Assembly: GCA_038213805.1 (NCBI GenBank)
Contig: JBBQSO010000007.1
Span: 9,127-73,126 of the forward strand
Source of the DNA: Planctomycetota bacterium
Lineage (GTDB): Bacteria > Planctomycetota > UBA11346
Direction: 5' to 3'
DNA length: 64,000 nt
The position numbers and the translations under genes are program-made. The notes under the pieces are model-generated. The model searched no databases. It worked only from the letters and a program-made list of their open reading frames with translations, and was not told the DNA's origin. This document shows positions 52,880 through 63,183 of the stretch, in pieces. Position 1 is the first letter of the stretch; every line of letters begins with the position of its first letter.

Positions 52880-55687
52880 TCAGGGCCCATCGGTCGTGCC
52901 CAGCTTGTTGATCGTACCGTAGAAGTCCCGCTGGATGGACGTGCCATCCGCGCCGGTGAGTTCGTACTTGAGCTTGATCTGCATCACCGGCTGGATCTTC
53001 GGAATCGCCAGGAACACCGTCCTGCCGTCGGCCGAGAGCGTCGCGGCCGTGATGTCGATGGCATCGTGGCCGTTCTTTCGGGGATCGTCGACATGCACTT
53101 CGGGCGAGCCGTAGCTGCTGGTCCAGAGGTAGTTCCACTGCTCGCCGCCGTAGTTGTCCTTGTCGGTGGCGGAAGCGCGGTCGAGGGGACTGGAGAAGGT
53201 CAAGCTCAACCCGTTCTTCTTCACGACCATGCCTACCACCAAGTGCGAGGTCTTGCCGGTGTAACGTACGCGCTGGAATCCGCCGTCCTTGGCGCCAGTG
53301 GTCTGCCAGCCCTTGAGACCGGTGAGGTAAAGCTGACCGTCGCGGTCATTGAAGCGGGCGCGCATGACCCCCGTATTGAACTCCAGGGGGACGCGCGTCA
53401 CGCCGCCTTGGGGAACGCCGCCTTCCTTGCTCCACGCGACCACGAACAGCGAGCAGGTCCCGTACGACAGGTGCAGCAACTGGCCCTTGGGCATGCCCCA
53501 CTTATCGCTCGGCACCCACGCCTGACCGCCGCAGGAGTTGTCGACGCCACCATGGGGCAGCCAGACGATCGGGCGGTCGTAGTCGGTCGGTGCCTCTTTG
53601 CGATGGGCCAGGTCGGGAACACCGTAGAAGCCGCCGCGCTGGACCAGGTTGATGCGCGATGTCGGAGTCCACGTGCCTTCATTGTCGCCGCAGGTGATCT
53701 GGCCATCCGGACTGACGCTCATGCCATTGGGCGCGCGGAATCCTGTAGCGACGATCTCCATTGACGAGCCGTCCTTGGCAATCTCGAACATGCAGCCGTG
53801 GTGCTCGCTGATGCGCTCCCAGCCACGCCCGCCGTCGCGCACCGGACCCGCCTTGGCGAAGTAGAAGTTCCCCTTGGGGTCGGTCCACAGGTCGAAGGCG
53901 AACTCATGGAAGGCCGGGGTGGTGTGGATGTCGTTGTTAAAGTTCTCATAGAAGTCCGCTTCGCCGTCCTTGTTGAGATCGTTGAGGCGCACCAGGCCCT
54001 CGCGGCAGAGCACATAGACCAGGTTGTCGACGATTTTCAGGCCGAGCGGCTGGTGAAGACCGGTCGCGAACCGCTTCCAGCTGAGCCTGGTGAGCTTGTC
54101 ATCGACGCCCGAGACCACCCACACATCGCCATTCCAGGTGCAGACCGCAGCGCGGCCGTCGCTGAAGAAATCATGGCCGGCAAGGCGCATCTTGGACTTG
54201 AACGGATTGTCATAGGGGACGGTGATGGTATCGACGACGTACGCACCCTGGCCCTTGCCGAGCTCGCCCACTGTTTCCACGGACTGAGGATAGCGCGCCG
54301 CGCCCCCTTTGATTAGGGTGGCGGGGTCGATGACGTCGAGGGCGGCCTTGACCAGGGCGGCGCACTCGGCCGCAGCTGCCTTGGCGATCACCACTTTGAA
54401 GTTCGCGGCCTTGAGCGCCGGGATCTTGAGCACGATGCGGTTTTCGACCACCGCCAGGGTCACACCGGCGGGGGCGCCGACCAGGCCCGCGCTGACGTGG
54501 TCGCCGCCGGCGCTGAGCGTGGCGAGACCGTCGCCCACGGTGCCCGTCGCCCCCGTGAGCTCCGCGACCAGCATGGTCGACGCCGAGAAGCCGCTTACCG
54601 ATAAGGTGCGCGACACGGCCTGGCCGTTGGCCTCGAAACTTGGCAGCTCGAGAACCTTGCCAGTGCCGACCGTGTACGAGAAGACGACCTTGTCGCCGTT
54701 GATGTAGTGGCCGATATAGTGGGCCCAGTTTCGAGGCAACGGACCGAACGGTTCACTGCGTGGATCTGCGAAGCTGTCGCCCTTGGCCCAGCCGGGCACC
54801 GCGGCCGTTCCGAAAATCTGGGTGCCCACGGTCTTGGGACCGGTCGAGCTGTCCCCGAGGTACGCGATACCCCTGAGTTCCAGGTACCCACCTGTCCAGC
54901 CCGCGCTCATGCGCATCAGGTCGGAATCGAAGCACATTCCACCGATGACCGGTGCGCCAGCCGCCCCGGTCCCCTTGGCCGACAGCTTCACCGCGTGGCC
55001 CTTGATGGCCACGTTGTCCTTCGGCGCCGGCGAGAGGATGGTGTCGTCGATCAGCGGGCCGTAGTCCATCAGGTTGACCCAGGCGTTGGGGTCAGCCCTG
55101 GGCCTGTCCCAAGCGGCCTTGTCCCAGGCGATCTTCTGCTCGGCGCCCTGCGTGTGGACCAGGGCGCTGCCAGGAATCAGCGCCTCGGCGCCACCGGGGA
55201 CGATCCAGGAGACCTTGCAGCCGGCTCCGGCGGTGCCCTGGAAATACTCGATGCGGATGGTGTGGTCACCCGCGCTCAATATGGCCTTGCCGGATTCCTT
55301 CTTCATTCCGTGGATGCCGCTGTTGTCGACCACGCGCTGGTCGTCGATGAACAGCCGCGAACCATCGTCGGATTCGGTCGTGAAGGTGTAATCGCCGGGC
55401 TTATCGATGCGGACCCGGCCGGTCCAGCGCGCGATGAAGTTGTTCCTGAGCTTGGTACCGTAGAAGTCGCCCCCGGTGCTGTCGAAGGCGACCTCCTGGT
55501 CGATGCGCACCAGTGCGGGCTGGCGCGGGGCGCTGAGCGCGGTGAAATCACCGACGTCGCTGTCGAAGGCGAAGTACTCGCCGATCAGACCGGGTGCATC
55601 CTCCGCAGCGCAGGTGCTGGCGAGGCTGGCGACCAGTGCGACAAGGATCGTCCACCGGGCGGGCGTGGGAAGGAAGGCGGAGACCAT
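52880..55687 (-). CDS. Secreted PA14-domain protein fused to a PVC-type putative membrane-bound dehydrogenase / beta-propeller domain (TIGR02604-like)
   Basis: Signal peptide. PA14 block (GLIGEYFAFDSD...YTFTTESDDGSRLFIDDQRV...IRIEYFQGTAG). Then a beta-propeller-like region (GFRAPNGMSVSPDGQITCGDNEGTW...LHLSYG) typical of Pirellula/Verrucomicrobium-type dehydrogenase-domain proteins. Confidence 0.7.
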   Translation of the reverse strand: MVSAFLPTPARWTILVALVASLASTCAAEDAPGLIGEYFAFDSDVGDFTALSAPRQPALVRIDQEVAFDSTGGDFYGTKLRNNFIARWTGRVRIDKPGDYTFTTESDDGSRLFIDDQRVVDNSGIHGMKKESGKAILSAGDHTIRIEYFQGTAGAGCKVSWIVPGGAEALIPGSALVHTQGAEQKIAWDKAAWDRPRADPNAWVNLMDYGPLIDDTILSPAPKDNVAIKGHAVKLSAKGTGAAGAPVIGGMCFDSDLMRMSAGWTGGYLELRGIAYLGDSSTGPKTVGTQIFGTAAVPGWAKGDSFADPRSEPFGPLPRNWAHYIGHYINGDKVVFSYTVGTGKVLELPSFEANGQAVSRTLSVSGFSASTMLVAELTGATGTVGDGLATLSAGGDHVSAGLVGAPAGVTLAVVENRIVLKIPALKAANFKVVIAKAAAAECAALVKAALDVIDPATLIKGGAARYPQSVETVGELGKGQGAYVVDTITVPYDNPFKSKMRLAGHDFFSDGRAAVCTWNGDVWVVSGVDDKLTRLSWKRFATGLHQPLGLKIVDNLVYVLCREGLVRLNDLNKDGEADFYENFNNDIHTTPAFHEFAFDLWTDPKGNFYFAKAGPVRDGGRGWERISEHHGCMFEIAKDGSSMEIVATGFRAPNGMSVSPDGQITCGDNEGTWTPTSRINLVQRGGFYGVPDLAHRKEAPTDYDRPIVWLPHGGVDNSCGGQAWVPSDKWGMPKGQLLHLSYGTCSLFVVAWSKEGGVPQGGVTRVPLEFNTGVMRARFNDRDGQLYLTGLKGWQTTGAKDGGFQRVRYTGKTSHLVVGMVVKKNGLSLTFSSPLDRASATDKDNYGGEQWNYLWTSSYGSPEVHVDDPRKNGHDAIDITAATLSADGRTVFLAIPKIQPVMQIKLKYELTGADGTSIQRDFYGTINKLGTTDGP

Positions 55688-55752
55688 AGTGCAAGATCCT
55701 GTCAGTGATTGAAGATCGAGCCGTCGATGGCGGCCCTACCAGGCCGCAGGGA

Positions 55753-56817
55753 TCACCAGTTGGTGGGCTCGGTACGCAGGCGCTGGATCCACAGGATGGT
55801 GCCGCCCATGTTGCGAGCATGGTTCTGGGTGCGGTACTCGCAGACGTCCTCGGTGTGCGAGGCGTTGAGGGGCCAGATCACATAGTGGTCGAATTCGCGG
55901 CCGCGCGAGTGCAGCAGATAATGGTAGTCCATGGCCATGCAGGCGCCGTTCCATTCGACGCGATAGAACAGGCGGCACTCGCTGGAGTTCAGGCTGGTAA
56001 ACAAGTTGGGGTCGTCGCCGAAGGCCGAGGTCTGGCCGGCGGCCTGGACCTCGCTCCAGCTGCGGAAGCCCAGGGTGCCGCCGCCGCCGCAGGTCACCAC
56101 GAAGGTCGCGCCGCCATCGCGGAACAGGCGGAACCACGACATGCCGGTGGAGTTGCCGCGCGGCCGCGCGTCCCCGGCCAGGTAGGCGGCCCAGTTGTTG
56201 TGCAACGTGCCATCGGCCTCGGTGATGGTCAGCGCCGCGCCCACGTTGGCGCCCAGGTCGCTGGCGAGCCAGCCGTTGCGCACCACCGGCTGAGGGTCCG
56301 GATTGCACAGGTAGGGCATGCCGAAACGCGCGTCGCCTTCGCCGACCGGCTGTGGCGAGACGGTGGTGCGGATCGGGTTGTAGGCGGCGGTCAGCTGCAC
56401 GGCGCAGGGCGCACGCTGCCGCACGTACATCGGGAAGCGACGGGAGCTGCCGAGCGGGAAGCGCGAGTCGTCGTCGACGTTGTCGCCGTAGTACTTGGGT
56501 CCGAGCTTGCCATCGCGCACGTCGATCCAGCCGAAGGTCTCGAGGTGATCGACCGGAGCGCCGCCGACGGCGGCGGGTTCCCAGCCGATGCGCGAGGCCT
56601 CCTGCAGATAGTTGCAGGCGGCGAGCAACATGATGCGCGCCTGCGATTCGCGCATGACGCTGGCCATCTCCTCGGCATCGCTGCGCATGCGCGCGAGGAA
56701 GGCAGCGGCAAGGGAGACCAGCAGCGCCGAGATGCCGGCGACCAGGATCAGAATGGTGGCCTGGCGCAACGGGCGGCGGGACGTGGACGTGGACGTGGAC
56801 GTGGACGTGGCGGGCAT
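55753..56817 (-). CDS. Hypothetical membrane-anchored protein in prepilin-like operon
   Basis: (ST)n tract, then an N-terminal TM helix ILILVAGISALLVSLAAAFLA. 354 aa. Tightly spaced (7 nt) behind the upstream prepilin-like gene. Confidence 0.5.
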   Translation of the reverse strand: MPATSTSTSTSTSRRPLRQATILILVAGISALLVSLAAAFLARMRSDAEEMASVMRESQARIMLLAACNYLQEASRIGWEPAAVGGAPVDHLETFGWIDVRDGKLGPKYYGDNVDDDSRFPLGSSRRFPMYVRQRAPCAVQLTAAYNPIRTTVSPQPVGEGDARFGMPYLCNPDPQPVVRNGWLASDLGANVGAALTITEADGTLHNNWAAYLAGDARPRGNSTGMSWFRLFRDGGATFVVTCGGGGTLGFRSWSEVQAAGQTSAFGDDPNLFTSLNSSECRLFYRVEWNGACMAMDYHYLLHSRGREFDHYVIWPLNASHTEDVCEYRTQNHARNMGGTILWIQRLRTEPTNW

Positions 56818-56824
56818 GGCGGTT

Positions 56825-58099
56825 TCAGTAGGAATCGAGGTTTGCCGGAGGCGCGGAGAAGGCGCCCTTGGTGGTGTTGTTGTCCCACGCCGCCCAGCCG
56901 GTGCCGGGTGCGCGCTGCTGGCGCGCGCCGCGCAGCGAGGTGCCGAAGCCGGCGAAGGACAGCTCGATGGCCTCGCCGGTCAGCGGGCTGACCCAGCGCA
57001 CCTTGCACAGCGCGACATGGCGGGTGTTCTTGATGAAGCGCGCGACCGCCACGCTGACCTCCGGCCAGCCGGCCGGCTTGGCGGCCAGCAGGCGATAGGG
57101 GATGGTGGTCATGCGGTTGAAATTCTGCATCGCGTTGGCGTCGTTCTGGTACCCGACACTGTACTTGCGGCGATTGTCGGTGAGCGGCGCGCCGTTCACA
57201 GACCAGTCGGGGTTGGCGATGGCGTAGGCGGTCATGTAGGTGTTACGGTACTTCCCGCGCGCGGTAGTCTGGCCACCGTCGTCATTGTTGAACATGTAGG
57301 GGTTGCCCGTGGGTCGGTTGCACCACGAGGGGATGCCGCCGGCATTGGTCTGCACCCAATCCGACATGCCGCCGGTGTTCGCCGGCTTGTACAGTTCGTA
57401 GATCGCGTTGGCGGGCATGTATTCGCACAATCCGTAGAAGCCAAGGGCGTTGACCAGTCCCTCGACCTGGTTGCCGTACCAGCTGCGGGGCACCGTGCCG
57501 TCGCCGCTGAGGGGCCCGAAACCCACTGCTACCGAGGTAGCCATCCCCTCACTGGTCGGGGGACCCGCCTTCATCAGCTGCGCGAAATCGCCGATGCCGG
57601 GAATGCGCTTGGTGTTGGTGAACATCGCGTAGCGGCCGAAACGCAGATCGAGCGCGTTGCCGTCGGACTTCTCGGCCATGTTGCCGGCGTACCAGCTGCG
57701 CGGGTTGTCGACCGACCAGCTGATGTCGCGCGGGTCCCAGCCGGTGGCGGACTCGTCGTCGGCCAGGGTGCCGCCGCCGCCACTGCGCGGATAGACCGCC
57801 GGGAAGGGGGTGAACGGCAGGCCCTGCGGGCCGCCTGCGGTGCCGGTCCCGCCGCTTGCGCGCAGCGCCTGGCGGGTGATGTCGTTGGGGTCGTCCAGGC
57901 TGGTCCAGAAATCGAGCTCTTCGTGGGCGGCGAGGACGGCGGCGCGCAGCATGCCGTTCTCAAGCGACATGCGGTTGGCCAGGGTCACCGACTGTGAGGC
58001 GACGCGGAACCCGGCGGCGGCGGTGTAGATCAACACCAGGCCCAGGCCGATGGCGATCATCATCTCGATCAGGGTGAAGGCGGAGCGGTGCGTGGACAT
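56825..58099 (-). CDS. Prepilin-type N-terminal cleavage/methylation domain protein (large pseudopilin-like)
   Basis: Internal Met start MSTHRSAFTLIEMMIAIGLGLVLIY (class III signal: A/G-F-T-L-I-E). Confidence 0.7.
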   Translation of the reverse strand: MSTHRSAFTLIEMMIAIGLGLVLIYTAAAGFRVASQSVTLANRMSLENGMLRAAVLAAHEELDFWTSLDDPNDITRQALRASGGTGTAGGPQGLPFTPFPAVYPRSGGGGTLADDESATGWDPRDISWSVDNPRSWYAGNMAEKSDGNALDLRFGRYAMFTNTKRIPGIGDFAQLMKAGPPTSEGMATSVAVGFGPLSGDGTVPRSWYGNQVEGLVNALGFYGLCEYMPANAIYELYKPANTGGMSDWVQTNAGGIPSWCNRPTGNPYMFNNDDGGQTTARGKYRNTYMTAYAIANPDWSVNGAPLTDNRRKYSVGYQNDANAMQNFNRMTTIPYRLLAAKPAGWPEVSVAVARFIKNTRHVALCKVRWVSPLTGEAIELSFAGFGTSLRGARQQRAPGTGWAAWDNNTTKGAFSAPPANLDSY

Positions 58100-58109
58100 G
58101 GTCGCCCTT

Positions 58110-60002
58110 TCAGCGCACGATGCAGGGCAGGCGCGGATCGTAGTAGTTGAAGCGCCCGACCGAGGTGGCGCGCATGCGCACCGAGCGCGGCACGGTGCCG
58201 CGATCGAAGCGCTTGTTGAAGTTGCGATCGGCGCCAAACGTCCCACTGAACACCTTGCGCGCCTGCAGGCTCGAGCCCTTGTCGCGGTAGCCGTTGCTGT
58301 TGAACGTGTTGTTCAGCAGCATCTTCCCCGAGACGTCGGCCCCGACCGTGTCCTGGGCGGAGGCCTCGGCGAAGAGCAGCACCTTCTCGGGGTTGCGGTA
58401 GGCATAGAGCTGCTCATCGCGGAAGTCGACCTTGTCCATGCGCGCGTTCGCGTCCTCGGTGCCGACCGGCGAGCGGAAAGGGTACTTGCTGGCGTCGACC
58501 GGCGCGCTGGGCGCGGATTCGAAGTCCTCGTAGGACTGCCAATCCACCGCCCAGAACACTAGCTGCCGGCAGCGCTCGTCGGCGTCAAAGCGGCGCGTGA
58601 GCGTGAAGTGGTCGAGTTCGCCCCAGAATGGCGATCCGCTGGCGACGCCCACGGGCGGCGATGAGTCGGGAAACTGATAGCTGCAGCCGGGGTTCTTGAC
58701 CAGTTGCGCGGCGATCGGCTTCCACTGCGCCGCGTCGACCGAACCCATGCCCTGGCCGCCGGCGAAGATCTTGCCGCTGGCCGGTGGGGTGAAGAGGTCC
58801 CACTCCAGCAGCGGGTAGTCCATCATGATGCTGCGCTGCAGCGGACGGGGGCAGGCCCAGTCGTAGGGACAGCTGGCGGCGTAGGTCATGATCGTGCGCA
58901 GACAGCGCTCGTGGTAGTACGCGATCAGGTCCTGGGTCAGGGTCAGGCCCGGAAAGCCTCCGCTGGCGGGGATGGGCAGGCCGCCCGTGCCCGAGGCGCC
59001 GAGCTCGGCGCTGGTCTTCCAGCGCGTCACGCAGGTGGCCGCGTGCGAGACGAAGCGCAGCGACTGGACCTGCTTCCACAGCACCGAGGTGTCGGCCAGC
59101 GGCCCCGGCGTATAATGGAGGAACACCGTGCTTGGCGTGGCGAATTCCGCAGTCAGCGTCGAGGTCGGCTTGAACAGCGCATCGAAATCGGAAGAGCCCA
59201 GCTTCTGCACCGCATAGACCAGCGCGGCCTGCAGGTAGAGGATCGCGTGGGCCTCGTCCGTCGCACCCGGCGCCTGGGTGTAGGCGAGGTAGGCGTCGAA
59301 CACCGGCTTGACCTGGGGATCGCCGCCCGGCAGCGAAGCTTCCGGACAGATGATGGGGAATGAGGGCGCTTCGTTGAAGGTGGCCATCACCGCCCCGCCC
59401 TTCGACCACTCATCCTTGTGCGGCCCGTGCAGCGGCGGCGACGGATACGGGTTCTCGTAGGGCCAGTTCTTCTGCGCCAGGATGTGCACGGCGTTGGCCT
59501 GGGCGTAGCCGGTGACGGCGAAGACCAGCTTCTGCGCCTCATTGGGTGGGGCGGTGGCCAGAGCCTGCTCTTCCAGATTCGACGTCGCCATCGGCTGCGA
59601 GTAGTAGAGGTAGCCGCCCTCCGCGAGGATCTTCTGCATCTCATCGCCGTCGCTGTCGAGTCGGCGCGCGATGTCGAGAGGCAGCGGCAGCACGCCGAAG
59701 CGGTGCGAAGCGACGCGCGATTCGAGGTCCCACTCCTGGCTGCGGTAGCTGACCGGGACGTCCCAGGCGTTGGGCGCCTCGGTGTCGATCGCCGGGTTCG
59801 CGTTGTGGGTGGCGTTAAAGCACTCCACGAGCTCCTCGGCCTTGGCCCCGGCGTAGAGCTGGAAGCGCGCCAGCTGCTGCGACCTGATGCCCATGGGAAA
59901 GAGCATGATCACGCTGACCACGCCGAAGGCGAGCAGGCCGAGCGACAGCGCCACTTCGAACAGCGTGAAGCCGCAGGCCAGGGGGGAGCGAGTAGCGATC
60001 AT
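58110..60002 (-). CDS. Prepilin-type N-terminal cleavage/methylation domain protein, 630 aa (large minor-pseudopilin-like)
   Basis: MIATRSPLACGFTLFEVALSLGLLAFGVV carries the G-F-T-L-x-E signature. An AT-rich promoter-like stretch lies upstream (60090-60140). Confidence 0.7.
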   Translation of the reverse strand: MIATRSPLACGFTLFEVALSLGLLAFGVVSVIMLFPMGIRSQQLARFQLYAGAKAEELVECFNATHNANPAIDTEAPNAWDVPVSYRSQEWDLESRVASHRFGVLPLPLDIARRLDSDGDEMQKILAEGGYLYYSQPMATSNLEEQALATAPPNEAQKLVFAVTGYAQANAVHILAQKNWPYENPYPSPPLHGPHKDEWSKGGAVMATFNEAPSFPIICPEASLPGGDPQVKPVFDAYLAYTQAPGATDEAHAILYLQAALVYAVQKLGSSDFDALFKPTSTLTAEFATPSTVFLHYTPGPLADTSVLWKQVQSLRFVSHAATCVTRWKTSAELGASGTGGLPIPASGGFPGLTLTQDLIAYYHERCLRTIMTYAASCPYDWACPRPLQRSIMMDYPLLEWDLFTPPASGKIFAGGQGMGSVDAAQWKPIAAQLVKNPGCSYQFPDSSPPVGVASGSPFWGELDHFTLTRRFDADERCRQLVFWAVDWQSYEDFESAPSAPVDASKYPFRSPVGTEDANARMDKVDFRDEQLYAYRNPEKVLLFAEASAQDTVGADVSGKMLLNNTFNSNGYRDKGSSLQARKVFSGTFGADRNFNKRFDRGTVPRSVRMRATSVGRFNYYDPRLPCIVR

Positions 60003-60213
60003 GGCGTGCCCTTGAGGGATCTGCAGTACAGCAACCGAACCTTCGTCAGGAAGGCGGCTCCGGTGGTGGCGCGTCTCGCCTGGATCATGGTAAAATCGTG
60101 CATTTCTATTGTGCTATCTCGGTGCAGCATTTGTTCCTTTCCGAGGGTGTCAAGGCGCGCAGGCGGCAAGGGTGAGCGCTTGCGAGCCCGACGAAGACGA
60201 CACCTCCCCGTGC

Positions 60214-63183
60214 TCACGTGCGCGTCCGGCATGATGGCGCTCCCAGCGCTGCGGCGCGACCGGGCGCGCACCTGGGGTCTTTAGCGAGCGCGAGACGCCG
60301 TCGCCGGATGATCCCGCCCGGGGTGAGCAGAGCGGCGAGGATCATCGCGGCGCCGAGCAGGGACCCGCTCCCACAGGGGTGCTTCGCGCCACCAGCGCCG
60401 GTCCCGGACGCGGCAATGGGAGGCAGCGGATCCGGAGCCGAAACCGTCTGCAGGTTGGCGCTGCCGATGATCGCCGGCGCGGGGTCGTCAGCGTTCGTAG
60501 ACCACGCGACCGAGGCGTGGTCCTCGGCGTCGTTGGCGTCGCTCTTCTGCAGCAGTTCAAGCGCATACGCGATCCCAGCGACCAGGACGATCGGCCCTGA
60601 TCTCTGCGTGGTCTGGGTGGTCCAGGCGCGGTACGCCGTGCCACTGCCCATCACCTCGGCGATCTTGACCCGGCCCGCGGGATCGGCGGTCGGAGAGAGC
60701 CACAGTTCGCTGCGTCCCCGGGAAGCCACCCAGAAGGTGTAGGTGCCCGAACTGGTCGGCACGACGTTCGCGCGCACCCGGTTCCCCGCCTCCTTTGACC
60801 AGTTGCGACCGATGTCGAGGCTTTCGAGTTCCTGCCGGACCGCCCAATGGTTGGGGAATTCTGGACGGATGTGGCTGCTATCGCCAGTCAGCTGCCAGAT
60901 CTCGGTGCCGAAGCTCAGCACCCACCCCTCGCGGCGGGCGGTCCCGGTGCCGAGCGCGCCGTCAGGCCTGGCAACGATCACCTGCCGCGGGAGCACTTCG
61001 CGGCCATGGTGGTGCACGCCATCGGCAGGCGGGACCCAGGCGAGCGCGAATTGCTGGTTCTTGGGACTCGCACTGCCCGTCGTGCCGTCGGTGCTGTCGG
61101 TGGTCTGAACCAGCTCGAACCAGTAGCGCCGGCCGGCGCTCAGGGTCCGCGGGGCGACCGCCTGGCCAGCGTCCTTGTCCCATTCCCGCGCCAGCGAACC
61201 ACGGCCAGCGGTGCTCGCGACCAGGGTGGCGTCGGCCTCCTGATCCGTGGTCGATAGCCGCAGGCGGACCTGCTCGCCACCGGCGATCCAGAACCGGTAG
61301 CTGCCACTCGCCGGCGGCACGATCCAGCCGCGCGCCACCCGCGCTGAACTGCCGACGACATTTGGTTGGCCTTCGCACACCGGTGGCAGCGCGCGGAAGA
61401 GCGGGGCCTTGCGCACGTAGCGCGCGTCCTTGGCGAGGTTGAGCGCCGCCGCGGTGGCGGGATCGCGGCCGCCAGCGCCCTCGTACCACTCGATGTCGAG
61501 CAGGCCATCGCTCGCCACGGGGACGCGGTCGGGTTCGCTGCAGGTCGAGCCGGCCTCGAGCGTGACGCCACCACGGCCCACCTGATTCTTCCAGGTCGCG
61601 AAATCGGCACCCGCGAACCCCTTGCGGAACAGCGGGCTGTCCTGGTGATAGGTGTTGCCGCTGCACACCAGGGTCGCGATCAGCGGCGGCGCATGGCTGG
61701 CGTCATCTTCGTGGGCGATCAGCGACTGGAGGTAGCTTTGCGCTACCAGGGTGTTGCCGGTGATGGTCACGTCCTGGGTGCTGGCGACGGTCGCGGACAG
61801 GCCGGTGTCGCGGTCGGTGGTGCTGCCCGTGCGGCTGCCGACGCTGAGGTTGATCGCGCCATCGATGTTGTTGGCGATGGCATTGCCGGTGATGGTGACC
61901 TGGCGGGTGGTGTTGAGGTGGATGCCCCACGAGCCGTTGTCGCGGATGACGCAGTCGCGCACCACGTCGCCTGGCAGGTTGATCTCGAAATACGCGCCGC
62001 CGCCCCAGTTCGCAGCAATCGAGCAACCCTCGACCGTCACATCCTTGCAATAGACGTCGAACCACAGGCCGCGGGCGAGGTTGCCTTCCACGGTGAGGTT
62101 CTTGAACAATGCATGGTAGAGACCGCCATTCTTGCTGCCCGCATCGATGTCTCCGGATTGGCGTCCCCACAGGCCGCGCCACCAGTTGCGGGCGATGGTG
62201 CTGTTCTCGAAGCGTACGTAGGAAGACCCGCCGAACGAGACCCCGGTGCCGCCGTTGTCCGCCATCGAGCACGCGCGGACCGTCATCCGCTGAACTGCGT
62301 TGGTCGTCAGGCCACTGCCGCCGTTCCAGTCGAAGTGGCAGTTCTCGATCAGGACGTTCTCCACCCAGGGGTGCGATGAGTCGCCGTTGGTGATGTCCAC
62401 CGCGGACCCATAGTTGCCGTCCCACAGGTAACCGGCCGCGCCCTCGAAGCTGATGTTGCGGATCACCAGATTGGAATGACGCCGCAGGCCGAGCAGCTTC
62501 TGATGGGCACCGAACTCGATGACCGCAGCGTTCGGGTCGGTTGCGGTGCGCAGAACGATGGTGTGGGCACCCTCATCGACCGTGAAGCATTCCGGTCCAA
62601 GACCAGCCACGGCGGTGCGCTGTTCGAGCAGGCGGTTCCCGATCATGACGATCTCGCGCCGCGCAGCGATCTGATTGTCCGTGGGCAGCGGGTTGAATGT
62701 GGATGGCCAGCCGACGGTTCCGTAGTGCAACGTCCACGGGTGGGTCCAGGTGCCGTCGCCATTGTCGGTCCAGGCTCCGCCCAGGACCTCGAGTCCGCTG
62801 AACAGGGTGGTGGGGCGTCCGCTGGAATCGGCCTCTCCGGTGATGACCAGCGTTTTCACGGAATCCTGGTTGGTGTTCGATTCGATGTCGCCTTCGCGGT
62901 ACGTCCCAGCCTTGATGAGCACCTTGACCCGCTTGGCATCCGGATTGGGGACCTCGGTACCACCTACGAAGATGCGCGGCACGCCCAACGTCCGCGCCAC
63001 GGCCAGCCCCTTGGCGATTGTGCGGTACGGACTGGCGGCCGTGCCGGCGCCGGTGGCATCGTCGCCAGTCAGCGCGACGACCACGGTGACGTCGACCGTC
63101 TCGTCGCTGAGCGTGGTTCCCGGCACGTCGGCTGCCGGCAGGCGGGACACCATCAGCAGCGTCACGATGAGGAGAGGTCGCAT
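60214..63183 (-). CDS. Secreted right-handed beta-helix (pectate-lyase-fold) protein with two PA14-like domains and a Cys-Gly/TM/Arg sorting-like tail
   Basis: Internal Met start MRPLLIVTLLMVSRLPAA preceded by GGAG. Parallel beta-helix repeats (NVLIENCHF, VRACSMADNGGTGVSF, VEGCSIAANWGGGAYF, VTITGNAIANNIDGAINL). PA14-like blocks (GSYRFWIAGGEQVRLRLS, GTYTFWVASRGRSELWLS). The tail is HPCGSGSLLGAAMILAALLTPGGIIRRRR. Confidence 0.75.
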   Translation of the reverse strand: MRPLLIVTLLMVSRLPAADVPGTTLSDETVDVTVVVALTGDDATGAGTAASPYRTIAKGLAVARTLGVPRIFVGGTEVPNPDAKRVKVLIKAGTYREGDIESNTNQDSVKTLVITGEADSSGRPTTLFSGLEVLGGAWTDNGDGTWTHPWTLHYGTVGWPSTFNPLPTDNQIAARREIVMIGNRLLEQRTAVAGLGPECFTVDEGAHTIVLRTATDPNAAVIEFGAHQKLLGLRRHSNLVIRNISFEGAAGYLWDGNYGSAVDITNGDSSHPWVENVLIENCHFDWNGGSGLTTNAVQRMTVRACSMADNGGTGVSFGGSSYVRFENSTIARNWWRGLWGRQSGDIDAGSKNGGLYHALFKNLTVEGNLARGLWFDVYCKDVTVEGCSIAANWGGGAYFEINLPGDVVRDCVIRDNGSWGIHLNTTRQVTITGNAIANNIDGAINLSVGSRTGSTTDRDTGLSATVASTQDVTITGNTLVAQSYLQSLIAHEDDASHAPPLIATLVCSGNTYHQDSPLFRKGFAGADFATWKNQVGRGGVTLEAGSTCSEPDRVPVASDGLLDIEWYEGAGGRDPATAAALNLAKDARYVRKAPLFRALPPVCEGQPNVVGSSARVARGWIVPPASGSYRFWIAGGEQVRLRLSTTDQEADATLVASTAGRGSLAREWDKDAGQAVAPRTLSAGRRYWFELVQTTDSTDGTTGSASPKNQQFALAWVPPADGVHHHGREVLPRQVIVARPDGALGTGTARREGWVLSFGTEIWQLTGDSSHIRPEFPNHWAVRQELESLDIGRNWSKEAGNRVRANVVPTSSGTYTFWVASRGRSELWLSPTADPAGRVKIAEVMGSGTAYRAWTTQTTQRSGPIVLVAGIAYALELLQKSDANDAEDHASVAWSTNADDPAPAIIGSANLQTVSAPDPLPPIAASGTGAGGAKHPCGSGSLLGAAMILAALLTPGGIIRRRRLALAKDPRCAPGRAAALGAPSCRTRT

